A program made the translations under genes and the position numbers. Below, piece after piece: positions 1 to 12,387 of a stretch of DNA of 64,000 nt. The DNA is taken from NCBI GenBank assembly GCA_963575745.1, contig CAUYUJ010000259.1, positions 434,001-498,000 of the forward strand, given 5' to 3'. The notes under the pieces were generated by a model. It searched no databases. It was given only the letters and a program-made list of their open reading frames with translations, and was not told the origin of the DNA. Origin of the DNA: Prorocentrum cordatum. Its lineage: Eukaryota. Each line of letters starts with the position of its first letter. Within the stretch, counting starts at the first letter, position 1.

Positions 1-859
1 GGCCTTCCAAATGATGTTCGAACAATTTATGTGGTTTTGACGAAAGGCTTTTAGAGCACATTTGTTTGAGGCAGTCTTGACTTCATCCATCATTCCTATG
101 TTCTCAGAAAGTTGATTTTGTGATTCGGAATGTTCTGTTGGTCCAAAAGCATGTTGAGGTTCGCCTATGGACTTTGGGGCGGTGGGTCTCTGCTCATCAA
201 ACCTCCAACATATTGAACAGACAAGGCTGGTTTTTCCGCTGTTTTTGGCGACCCAGGGCCGTCGCCGGGCCAAGGGAACGTCGAGAAACGATCCGAGACG
301 AAAAACGGGTCCCCTGATATGGTCCAGAGCTCTGGGGACCCCGCCTTGAAAGAATCCAGACGTCGGAGGATTGGGGAGATCCAGGCGGTGCAATTTTGTT
401 CGCCGGGTTTCGGGCCACGGCGCCATCACAGGTCCATCCGGTTCGTGAATTGCCTCGTTCCAGTCGGGTTGTCCTGCGATGTTGTTTGTTTGTGACGTCG
501 GACTTCAGGTCCGAGATCCAGCTTAATCTGCGTCAGTCCCGCTCAGTCCGGCTTCATCCCGCTGGACCCCGCTCAATCCGGCTTAGAGACCCCCCAGCAG
601 TTGCCTCCTGATGGGTCGGGACTTCCCAGGGTCCGCGTTGTGCAACGGTCGCGGCGGCGTCGAGGTCGGAAGGTTTACTCAGGGCCCACCCCATGGCCAC
701 CACCGCCAGGCGTGGCTCGAAGTCACCGGGCAGCATGATCTCTGGGAGAGGTTCAGGGTTAAGGCGGGCATGTATCTCTTTGCCTAATATGTTTCAATTT
801 TATTGTAGTACAATCCGTCTGGAAGAGGACATGCTCGACCTAAGTCGAGCTTCGAAGGT

Positions 860-1400
860 GTTCTGGCTGGGGGAGGGGCATGGGCCCCCATGAGAAGCAG
901 GGCGGCTTCCAGAGGGCTTTGTTTGCCGTGAAGGACACGTCCGCGGAGGACTTGTGTGCACCCTTCCGCGTCGGCGTTTCCGCAGGCGTCGTCCATCCCT
1001 GGCCCATGAGCGGTGTACTGTATGTGCACAGTCCTGCAGCCCCTGCAGCCAGAAGCTCTGCTCCTGTGTAACGCGCCTCTGGAGCGTGGCCTTGCGGGGA
1101 GTTCGGGCTTGGAGGTGGCATGCGCGGGCGCGTTGTTGTCGCAGGACGGGCCCTGTTGGAAAGGGGCTGGGGCTGTCGTCTCCTCTGAGCAGCGACAGCA
1201 AGAACCCACGTGTGGACACAGTGTCGTGGGTTCGGGACACGAGGCTGGCATCGCGGACTGGGAGATCGCAGGCATGGTACGTGGCTGGGCGCCTGCATCT
1301 GTTGCTTTCTCCGGGTGGAGGAGGGGGATGGGGAGGAGGAAGGTGGTGAGGGGTTGCAGCGTGAGAGCGCCGCTGTCTTTCGGGCCAGTGCCCGTGCAGC
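860..1400 (-). mobile_element. Possible decayed LINE C-terminal Cys/His-rich tail
   Basis: Minus-strand frames contain C..C, FWLQGLQDC, GRVHTS and LWKPPCFSWG, similar in style to the tail of the 39.2-40.9 kb element. No RT motif seen. Confidence 0.2.
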
Positions 1401-1699
1401 GCAGAAGCAGAAGCAGACGCGAGGGCAGGAGGAGGAGATGGGGGAGCAAGATGGTTAGGAGCAGAAGCAGAGGAGGCGGAGGAGGAGGCGGAGGAGGAGG
1501 AGGAGGAGGAGGAGGAGTTTTCTTGCTGTCACCCCAAGGTCAAATACTGTTTGCTTGTGAGGGCGTCTTTCCTTCCCGCACTCTCTTCGAACTGCTTCGC
1601 TCCGCTTAGCCCGCCAAGGGGATCCGAGAAGGGTTTCTGGTGCTGCCTCCTTACGCAGCGGCCTTCCAGCCAGCGGCGGTCGAACGCAAATGGGATGAC

Positions 1700-1992
1700 G
1701 AGCAGCAGGAGCACACGCAGGAGCAGGAGGAGGAGGAGGAGGAGGAGGAGGAGGAGGAGGAGGAGGAGAGGGAGCAGGAGGAGCAGGAGGAGCAGCAGGA
1801 GGAGCAGGAGGAGGAGGAGGAGAAGGAGCAGCAGGAGGAGGAGGAGGAGGAGAGGGAGCAGGAGGAGCAGAAGCACACGCAGGAGCAGCAGCAGGAGGAG
1901 GAGGAGGAGGAGGAGGAGGAGAGGGAGCAGGAGGAGCAGGAGGAGCAGCAGAGCGGCGGAGGAGGAGCAGGAGCGGGAGGAGGAGCAGGAGG

Positions 1993-2026
<34 letters not shown>

Positions 2027-2105
2027 AGAGGAGGAGGAGAAGGAGGAGGAGCAGGAGGAGGAGCAGGAGGAGGAGCAGCAGGATGAGCAGGAGGAGCAGC
2101 AGAGA
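1700..2105. repeat. (GGA/GCA)n purine-rich microsatellite with an internal higher-order duplication
   Basis: GAG/GCAGGA runs; the motif GCACACGCAGGAGCAG recurs at ~1711 and ~1873. Confidence 0.9.
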
Positions 2106-3094
2106 GCAGCCGCGGGGGAGGAGGCCGCTTGGCTCCCCCCCCGCCGGGCCGCCGCCCTTCGCTGCAGGCGGCGCCTTCGGCCCGCCTGGCGGCGGTGGGG
2201 CGCCCAGCCCCGCGCCGCCGCTCGCGGGTCGGGGCCCGCAAGGGGGGCCTCGAAGGCCCGAGAGGGAAGCCCTCTCGGGCCCAGAAGGGGGGCTCCGGGC
2301 CCAGTGTATCGCCCTCCCAGTACTTCACGCCCAACCCCGCCGACCGAGGCCCCCGACCGGGGCTCGAGGGAGACGGGGGTCCACGCAAACGGGGGTCAGT
2401 CAGAGCGCCGGATCTTGCAGGGTCCTGCAGGGCCAGGGTCGCACTGGCTCCAGGATACTGCATGATCCTGGAGGGTCTTGCAGGATCTTGCAAAGCCTGG
2501 CTGACTCCGATTTGTACTGACCCGGGTGTCCCCGAGCGTGGAGAGGGGGACCAGGGGCCAACGATACGGTGAATTCGGGCATGTCCCTCTACAGGAATAG
2601 TAAGAAAGAGGCGGGTGATATTTCTTCGTGTTCTTATGGGTATCCTTTAAATGTGTTATCGCTGTCCTACAAAATCCGTCTGTAGGAGGACATACCCGAC
2701 CTAAGCATAGGCTTGGCATCGCTCGGACGTGTGCACATTTTGCTCGGCGAAGACCCTCGAGGAGCATCTTGCACCATCTTGCGAAAAAAATGAGGCACTG
2801 AGCAGAAGCATGCACGGTGAGTGGACGCCCGAGCGATGGCAAGCAGGGGTTATTAGGTTTTCGGACATGGGGCAGCGACAGGGTCGGGGAAGAGGGGCGG
2901 CAAGGCCGAATTTCATTATCGCTGGGGATGGTTTCGAGTCGAATTTGCTATCTTCTTACGTTGACGAGCGTCATCACGAATGTGTGGCAGGGCTATGGGA
3001 TTCTCACAACTTCAGCTTTCCCCAGTCACCAACGTGGGGCAGGGTTCCCAACCAATTCAGCCTCCGCAGTACACGAACGATGTAGTAGACTCTC

Positions 3095-3166
3095 CTACTA
3101 CCAGTGTTACTCCTACTTATACTACTGCTACTACTGCTACTACTACTACTACTACTACTACGACTA

Positions 3167-3228
<62 letters not shown>

Positions 3229-3447
3229 GCTACTACTACTAGTACTACGACGGCACATGCTACGACTACTGCTACTACTACTACTACTACTACTACGACT
3301 ACTACGACTACTAGTACTAGTATCCGTACTACTACTGCTACGTCGACGACGACGACGACGGCGACGACGACTACTACTACTTCTACTACTACAACTATTT
3401 CCACGGCTGTGTCGGATACTATTATACCCGTACTACTTTTACTACGT

Positions 3448-3487
<40 letters not shown>

Positions 3488-3537
3488 GACTACTACTACT
3501 ACTACTACTACTACTACCTTCGCTACTACTACTGCTG

Positions 3538-3576
<39 letters not shown>

Positions 3577-3617
3577 TTCATGCGACTTGTACTATAACTA
3601 CTACTACGACTACTACG

Positions 3618-3654
<37 letters not shown>

Positions 3655-3871
3655 TGCTCGACAACTACTATCACAATCTTCACTTTTACTACTACCACTT
3701 CTACGGCTACTCGAGCTAATACTACTACCACTACTACTCCCACTACTGCTTCTGCTACTACTACTCCTACTTCTACGATATTACTACTACTACTACTGCT
3801 ACTACTACTACGAGTACTACTACGACTACGACTACTACGACGACTACTACTACTACTGCTACTACTACTAT

Positions 3872-3904
<33 letters not shown>

Positions 3905-4131
3905 GACTACGACTACGGCTACGGCTACGGCTACGACTACTGCGACTGGTACAACGACCATCACGTCTACTACCACTGCGACTGCTATTATCCACTAGTA
4001 GTGCTACCACTACTTCTACGACTACGGTGACGTCGACGACGACTATTCTTACTCTTTTCGCCACTGCTACTACGACTACCGTAAGTACTACTACCATTCT
4101 TTTTACCACTACTACTACTACGGCGACTACG

Positions 4132-4165
<34 letters not shown>

Positions 4166-4187
4166 CTACTACTACTACTACTACTAG

Positions 4188-4219
<32 letters not shown>

Positions 4220-4685
4220 ATACTACTACTACTACCACTGCTACTACTACTACCACTACTACTGCTACTACTACTACTACTACTACTGCTGCTGCTGCTA
4301 CTACTACTACTACTACTGCCATCACTACTACTACTACTACTACCACTACTCCTACTACTACTACTACTCCTACTACTACCGCTACTACTACTAGTGTTAC
4401 CACTACTACTATTACGACTACTACTACTACGACGGCTGCTACTACTACTACTCCCACTGCTTCTTCCACTGGCAGTACTGCTTTTACTACTACTACTACT
4501 ACTACTACTGCTACTACTACTACTACTACTACTCTTACTACTACTACTACTTCTACAACGACTACTACTTGTACGTCTACGACTACTGTTGCTACTCTTG
4601 TTGCGTTTACCCAATGATTTCGGCCACCGCTACTACGACTATTTTCATCACTTTTTCCTTTACGGCTACCACTACAACTGCTAAT
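3095..4685. repeat. (TAC)n degenerate trinucleotide array
   Basis: Directly visible; gives spurious poly-T, poly-L and poly-Y ORFs. Confidence 0.97.
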
Positions 4686-4919
4686 CCTAATTCTTTACGC
4701 TTCGCGTACCCCCACCAGCCCATCTCACAACAGCAACTCTTGCGAAGCATGCCGACCGTCGTGTTTTTCATGCGAGTGTCCGCTTGGCCCCGTATATCTC
4801 CCCTGTTACTTCTTCCTCCCGCCTCCTTGTACATCCTCCTTGCGGGGGGAGCGGGAGAAGGACGAGGCGGAGGAGGAGGGAGAGAAAGCGCTCCTCGTGG
4901 TTTGAGTCGTTTGGGGTTT

Positions 4920-5320
4920 CTCGTCCTGGTGTGAGTCGTTCGGGCCCTTCTTCCTGGTGTGAGTCGTTCGGGCTCTTCGTGGTGTGAGTCGTTCGGGCTC
5001 TTCGTCCTGGTGTGAGTCGTTCGGGCTTCTCGTGGTGTGAGTTGTTCGGGCCCCTCGTCCTGGTGTGAGTCGTTCGGGCCCCTCCTCCTGGTGTGACTCG
5101 TTCGGGCTCCTCGTGGTGTGAGTCGTTCGGGGCCCTCGTCGTGGTGTGAGTCGTTCGGGCTCCTCGTGGTGTGAGTCGTTCGGGCGCCTCGTCCTGGTGT
5201 GAGTCGTTCGGGCCCCTCCTTCTGGTGTGAGTCGTTCGGGCTCTTCGTGGTGTGAGTCGTTCGGGCCCCTCGTCCTGGTGTGAGTCGTTCGGGCTCCTCG
5301 TGGCGTGAGGCGTTCGGGCA
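4920..5320. repeat. Minisatellite, ~24-28 bp unit (GGTGTGAGTCGTTCGGGC..CTCGT)
   Basis: About 15 tandem variants. Confidence 0.9.
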
Positions 5321-5329
5321 CCGTCGTCC

Positions 5330-5640
5330 CCTTTTGGGGCGTCTTGGGGGCCTCTTGGCGGCCCCAGGGGCTTCTAGGAGCGTCTTGGGTGCCTTGGGGG
5401 AGCCTCTTCGGGCCTCTTGGGAGCCTCTTGGAGGCCGTTTGGGGCGTCTTGGGGGCCTCTTGGCGGCCCCATGGGGCTTCCAGGAGCGTCTTGGGTGCCC
5501 CGGGGGGGGGGGGGGGGGGGGCTCTTGGGTGCCTCTTGGGGGCATCTTGGGGGCATCTTGGAGGCATCTTGGGGGCCTCCTGGGGGCCTCTTGGGGCCTC
5601 TTGGTGCCTCCTGGGCGCTTCTTGGGGCCATCTTGGAGGG
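5330..5640. repeat. (GGGGCCTCTT)-type degenerate tandem repeat
   Basis: Directly visible; a similar tract occurs at 27460-27610 and 27910-28060. Confidence 0.85.
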
Positions 5641-6064
5641 AATCGATCAAAGAAGAGGGGAGTTTCAATGAGCGCTGCCCCCTTCAGAAAGGGCAAAATG
5701 AGGCCAAAACCTTAGTAAAATCAATGCTTTTGCCTGGGGAGGAGAGGGGAGCTTTAAGGAGCGCTGCCCCCTCGGAAGGCCCAAAAGGGGCCAACACCGT
5801 AGTAAAATCAATGATTTTGGCTTCAAAGAAGAGGAGCTGTTTTTTTCTGCCTCCCCCCGTCGGGGCCAGAATCCTCGTGAGGGTGTCGTTTTTTAGCCGT
5901 CTCAGGAGTCGAAAACGACCCCTCTGACCACCCGCGGAACGCCCTCTCCAGGCCCAGGGGGAGGGGGTAGGGGGAGGGGTAAGCCCCTCCCCGAATGGGA
6001 AGAAAGGGGTTGAGAACAGAGCGGGCTCTCTAAACCACTCACGCCCAAAGGGCTGGTGGGATTC

Positions 6065-6300
6065 CACTACGACTACTACTGCTTCTATGTTTTCTACTAC
6101 TACTCGTGGTTCTACGATTACTAATACTAATGATCCTTCGTCTACGACTACGACCTTACTCCACTACTTTTATATTACGACGATGACCGCCTACTACTAC
6201 TACTACTAGTACTACTACGACTACTACTACTACTATTATCACTACTATCACGACTGCAACTACTACTATTTTCACGACTACTACTGCTACTACTACTACG

Positions 6301-6355
<55 letters not shown>

Positions 6356-6779
6356 TTTCTACTAATACTACTAATATTGCTGCCCGTGCTTCTACTGCAA
6401 CTGCTACCTGCCACTACCACCAGTACGACGACTACTACTACTACCCCTACTACTACTACTACGACTACTACTACTACTACTACTATTATTACTACTACGA
6501 CTACTACTACTACTACTACATCGACTACGACGATGACGGCTATTGATACTAGTACTACCACTACTACTACTGCTACTATTACTACTCCTACTACGACTAC
6601 TGCTTTCAATTGCGACTGCGGCTACGTTTGCGACTATTACTACTACTATTACTGCTACTACTATTATTATTACTTTCGCTATCACTTCTATTACCACTGA
6701 CTGCTACTACTACTACTACTACTGCCACTACGACTGCTACTGCTACTACTACTAGTACTACAACTACTACTACTACTAG

Positions 6780-6825
<46 letters not shown>

Positions 6826-6847
6826 GTTATTACTACTACTACTACTG

Positions 6848-6914
<67 letters not shown>

Positions 6915-7021
6915 ACACGATTATTTCTTGTATGTTCACGATTACGTCTCGTACTACTATTTCTATCTTTGCGACGACTACGACGGCTACGACTTTTACT
7001 ACTACTACTACCACCACCACC

Positions 7022-7064
<43 letters not shown>

Positions 7065-7169
7065 TTACTACTACTACTACGACGACTACGACGACGACGA
7101 CGACGAGTGTTACGACTACGACGACGACGACGACTACGACTACTACTACTGCTACTGCTACTGCTGCTC

Positions 7170-7200
<31 letters not shown>

Positions 7201-7238
7201 TACTTCTACTACCACCACTACTACGACTACTATTATTA

Positions 7239-7283
<45 letters not shown>

Positions 7284-7376
7284 GTACTACAACTACTACT
7301 ACTATTATTACTACTACTACTACTACTACTACTACGATTACCACTACTACTACTGCTACTGCTACTACTACTACTG

Positions 7377-7431
<55 letters not shown>

Positions 7432-7515
7432 ACACGATTATTTCTTGTATGTTCACGATTACGTCTCGTACTACTATTTCTATCTTTGCTACTACGACCA
7501 CTACTACTACTAGTA

Positions 7516-7553
<38 letters not shown>

Positions 7554-7578
7554 GCTGCTACTGCTACTACTATTACTG

Positions 7579-7617
<39 letters not shown>

Positions 7618-7643
7618 TTCTACTACTACGACTACTACTACTA

Positions 7644-7697
<54 letters not shown>

Positions 7698-7730
7698 CTA
7701 CTACGACTTAGTACGACTACTTCTCTGGCT
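6065..7730. repeat. (TAC)n array with an internal segmental duplication
   Basis: Directly visible; a unique ~63 bp interruption is duplicated at 6910-6972 and 7425-7489. Confidence 0.97.
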
Positions 7731-9156
7731 GCGACGACGGGGGTCGGGTTTTCGTGCCGACGCTCAGATTGCTATACAGTGGAAGCCCCCTTGAGTTTTT
7801 TCTTAAATGCGATCCTTACGGTGACACGATGACTGCAAGACCCGTTTCCCTTCGGCGCTTGATGCAAGTTTTGGGAGGGAGGCGACGCCCAGAGCCGTTT
7901 CGGCCTTGCGCGGCGACGGCTGCTTGGCGATCTGCGCGCCTTCCTCCCCCTCCTCCTCGTGCTCATTCCCGCTCCTCCTCACTCCTCCTCCTTGTCCTCC
8001 TTCTTCTCCTCCTCGTCACCCCCCCTCCTCCTCCTCCTCATTATCTTCCTTCTTATCCTCCTCCTCCTCCTCCTGCTCCTCCTCCTACTTCTCCTCCTCT
8101 TCCTCCTGCTCCTCTTCCTCACTCCCCCGCGCTCCCCCTCATTGTTCCTCGGCCCAGGTTTGGGCGGCCGCTCGAAGTCAGCTTAGTGCAGCTTTTTTCG
8201 ATGGGATACCCTCGTCGTGTGGCACTGCCCGACTGGTCTCGAGCCACCTATCTGCCGCGGGTGTGGAGCCTCGTCGTGTGGCGGGAGGCCCCCGCGCTCG
8301 GGGCACGCTCCCTTCAATCCGGGGTGTCTACGTAGGTCCAGTCTGATTCGAATGGCTCGTGATGTCAATCACTCCCCCTCTTGATGGAGGTCTTGATGTC
8401 AATCACTCCCCCTCTTGATGTCAATCACTTCCCCTCTTGATGGAGGTGTCCCCCTCTTGAGGTCCAGTTGATTCTTCATGGAGGTCTCCCACCTCTTGAT
8501 GTCCATCGCTCCCCCTCCTTCCCCACCCAGGGGGTGGAGGGCCCAGACCCCATCCCGTTGTGAGACAGCGATGGGCGTTTTTTCGTCACTTTCTGCCTCC
8601 AGTGGCCCTCGCTGGGCCCGGGGCCGCCCACAGAAACGGTTCAGGAGGAAGGTCTCGGGTGAGTTGGTCCAGACCTTTGGGGGGGGTGAGGGGGGCACGC
8701 CGTGAACAAGCACGGCTCGGGATGAAGGTCTTGGGGAATTGGTCCAGACCTTGGGGGGGGTGAGTGGGGCGCGCCGTGAACAAACACGCGACGGCAGTGT
8801 CCTGGAGACGAGGGGCGGCGAGGACGAGGAGGAGGAGGGGGGAAGGAGGAGTGGGAGCGGGTTCTACGATCGCCTCACAAGCCATTGAACGAGCGACTTG
8901 TTATGATAGTGGGTTATTGTATTGGCCTCCAGCCAGTGCCGCCGATCCTTGGCGCTCCGGATGATGATGATGGTGATGTGACAATGGTGATGGTGATGGT
9001 GATAGAGATGTTGATGATCCCAGCCCCCCCCCAACCCCCCTCCTCTCTCCTGTCCCCCCCCTCTTTTCTCCTGTCCCCTCCCCCCCCATCTCCTTTCCCC
9101 TCCCCCTGCCCACTCTCTCCTGTCCCCCCCCCCTCTTTCCTGTCCCCCCCCCTTTC

Positions 9157-9620
9157 ACAATTACACAATATGAAAATACTCTCCCACTTCCCCTGATGGC
9201 GTCCCGAAGATGGCCGACCCCCCCCCGCGTACTGTCTTTTTACACACAGGATTCCCGGGAAACGGGTTTTCGCCTGCGTTTTTTTCAAAATGCTGCTCTC
9301 GCTGAGGCGCCGGCCTCATTTCTGCTCCCGAATCGTTCCGAATCGTGCTCCCGCTGCAGCGTGGGCCTCATTTTCGGATCGGTGTTTGGCCTCCGTGGTT
9401 CAGGATGGCGTTCTCGCCCCAGCGCGGGCCTCTTTCTCGCGCGCCCATCCGCCCGCCACCACCGCGCCGCACCACCACCCACCACCACCACCATCACCAC
9501 CACCACCTCACCATCACGCACCACATCACAACGGTCCGCGTAGAGAAAATCAGCGCCATGGTAAGGGATGGGAGGGAGGGGTAGGACGTCAGATATGACG
9601 CGAGCGCACCTAGCTTGTCC
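9157..9620 (+). repeat. Dispersed ~0.5-0.7 kb repeat family A, copy 1 (internal CAC microsatellite)
   Basis: Near-identical to 9674-10259 and to the reverse complement of 51815-52515. Starts ACAATTACACAATATGAAAATACT and ends CGAGCGCACCTAGCTTG. Confidence 0.9.
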
Positions 9621-9673
9621 CCTCCCCCTCTCCTGCCCCCCCCCCTCTCTCCTGCCCCCCCCCTTTCTCCTGT

Positions 9674-10259
9674 ACAATTACACACTATGGAAATACTCTC
9701 CCACTTCCCCTGATGGCGTCCCGAAGATATCCGACACCCCCCCGCGTACTGTCTTTTTACACACATGATTCCCGGGAAACGGGTTTTCGCCTGCGTTTTT
9801 TTTTTTTTGTTCAAAATGCTGCTCTCGCTGAGGCGCCGGCCTCATTTCTGCTCCCGAATCGTTCCGAATCGTGCTCCCGCTGCAGCGTGGGCCTCATTTT
9901 CGGATCGGTGTTTGGCCTCCGTCGTTCAGGATGGCGTTCTCGCCCCAGCGCGGGCCTCTTTCTCGCGCGCCCATCCGCCCGCCACCACCGCGCCGCACCA
10001 CCACCACCACCCACCACCACCACCACCACCACCACCAGCACCCACCACCACCACAGCACACCACCACCACCACCACCACCACCACCAACCACGCACACAC
10101 GCACGCACGCACGCACGCGCACCACCACCCACTACGCACGCGCGCGCGGAGCCACAGGTCCGCTACGACACGCGTCCGCGGATAGAGAAAATCAGCGCCA
10201 TGGTAAGGGATGGGAGGGAGGGGTAGGACGTCAGATATGACGCGAGCGCACCTAGCTTG
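9674..10259 (+). repeat. Repeat family A, copy 2 (tandem to copy 1)
   Basis: Same ends and body as 9157-9620, with a longer CAC/CACG internal tract. Confidence 0.9.
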
Positions 10260-12292
10260 CCTGTCCCCCCTCCCTCTCTCTCCTGTCCCCTCTCCGCCCC
10301 CCCTCTCTCCTGTCCCCCCCCCCTTCCTCTCTCCTGCCCCTCCCCCTTCCTCTCTCCTGTCCCCGCCCCCTTTCCTCCTGTCCCCCCCCCTCTCTCCTTT
10401 CCCCTCACCTCCCCACCCCCTCTCTTCTGTTCAGGGCGCAGTGCAGGAGGGGAGGGGGGAGCTGGGGGAAAGAGAAGGTGCAGAGGCGGGGGGGGGGTGC
10501 AGGAAGAGGGGGGGGGGCGGAGAGGAGATTACAGGGGAAGGGGGGGGTGCAGGAAGAGAGGGGGGGGGGGGAACGCCGCAGAGGAAGGTGCAGGGGGGGG
10601 CGGTCCTGGCATTGGGGAGGCCTTGCGTGTCAATTCTTTCGTCGTTTGCGTCCCCCCCCCTCTTGCAGAGCGTGGGCTTGAGCGAGCTCAAGCCCACGCT
10701 CTCAGAAACTCGCACGCCGGATCGGCGGATTTGGGGAACTGAACATATCCCTACTCCTGGCCAGCAATTGGCCAAGCAGCGTAAATCCTAGTCTTGTTCG
10801 CCCAGGGAAGAGAACCCTTTCCAAGCGAACTGAGCTGCTCAGGCTTCATCCCAGTGCAATATGACTGCTACTGCTGAGACGCAGCACAGCCTGAGGTGAG
10901 TTGGAGTGGGGGGAGGACGAGTGGGAGTGGGGGGAATGCGAGGACGAGGAGGAGTGGGGAAAAGGCGAGGACGAGGAGGAGAGAGCGGGAAGGCGAGGAC
11001 GAGGAGGAGAGGGGGGGGGAGGAGGAGTGGGAGTGTGTGGGGGGGAGCAGGAACCTCCACCCTGCCACCCCCCCCGTCCATCCTCGTCACATCCATCGCC
11101 CCTCTTCGTGTTCCTCACCCTCCTCCCACGCTTTTTGACCTTGCCTTCCCCCGATCCGCCCCAAGTCCTCCCTTCTCCTCCCCCACCCAGCCTCCCGTCC
11201 TTCCTCCCTTAAGATCCATCGTTGCGACGAGCACTGCGACATCGGATGACATCGCCACGGGAGCCCGAGACCCGATGTCTCTGCAGTAGTCTTCGAGCCT
11301 GGTCGATCCGTGAGGGTGCCGAGGCCCGGAGCGAGCCGAACACGCCTGGTGCGAAAAAGTCTCACCGCCCAGATCCCGGGGTCCCTCCACCGCCACCCTG
11401 CTCCAGGGCCCCCTTCTGCTTCCTTCACTTCCCCGGGGCCGGCGCTCCATCCCGACCCTGTACCAGCAGCCGTTTTGTTCATCCCGAGCTGTCCTTGCCC
11501 GTCCCGAGTTCCGGCGAGGGCCCCCAGAGGCAGAATGATGGGCCGATGTTCCACCACCACTACCGTATTGAGGAGGAGGAGGAGGAGGAGGAGGAGGAGG
11601 AGGAGGAGGAGGAGGAGGAGGAGATGGAGAACTTGGCGGAGCAGGAGGAGGAGGAGGAGGAGGAGGAGAAGGAGCAGGACCTCCCCCATCCTACATCTGG
11701 TAGTGGTGGTGGAGAATGGGCTCATCACGGAAAGTCACGGAAAGTCACGCAACAAAAAAACTCTTGCCGTGTTCTTGTCACTGGGTCCCGAGCCTCGCCG
11801 CTGCAACCACTAACCGATCCTCTAATATGGCTTACAGTCAGCCTGCATAGTAAGGATGGGCAAACTCCCAAAGGGTACCCTCGCATTCTTGCCTCCTCGG
11901 TCCACCCTTGGTCACTTTCGCTGGCCGCGCCCCGCTCAGAAAGCTTCGAAATGGCTTCCCAAGGCCCTTGCATCCTTCTCGTGCATCCTTATGTTGCGGT
12001 ACGATTGCGATCGTTTTTAATATTTTCAACGTAAACCTCCAGCGACGGAAGTTGGAAGCTTGGTCTGCCTTGGAAAGTGATTTCAAGATCTTCAAGCACT
12101 GAGAGCGAGCTACATGTCCCACACGCCGCTCGGCACGGGGCACCCCACCGCTGTGGCACGCCGCTCCCCCCATTGACCGGGGCCAGCTCCTTGGCTGAAC
12201 GGGGCGCGAGTCGAGCCGACTCGAGAACGTGGACCTCCCAGGAGTTGCCTCCCACCCTCGAGCCTCCGCGCGCTCCCGCCCCGTGGGCCGCC

Positions 12293-12387
12293 ATGCAGCG
12301 CGGCGCCCTGGCGCGAGCGGCCGCCGCGCCCTGCTCTGCCGCTGCGCTGGGCGCGGCCGCCGCGCTGGTCTGCCTGGCGGGGGCCAG
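12293..12387 (+). CDS. Candidate first exon encoding an Ala/Arg-rich targeting-peptide-like N-terminus
   Basis: gccgccATG context, peptide MQRGALARAAAAPCSAAALGAAAALVCLAGA, AG|gc donor at 12388 (alternative G|gt at 12415, same phase). Unique GC-rich island between repeats; no homology recognised. Confidence 0.35.

Noticed and set aside
4920..5320. Short-unit array resembling CRISPR or iterons
   Set aside because: The units abut with only a few variable bases; an ordinary minisatellite.
1529..7832. Long poly-T/L/Y/V/S/E ORFs (also at 32.5-35.4 kb, 42 kb and 53-54 kb)
   Set aside because: Translations of trinucleotide and tetranucleotide microsatellites that are open in several frames; no domain content.
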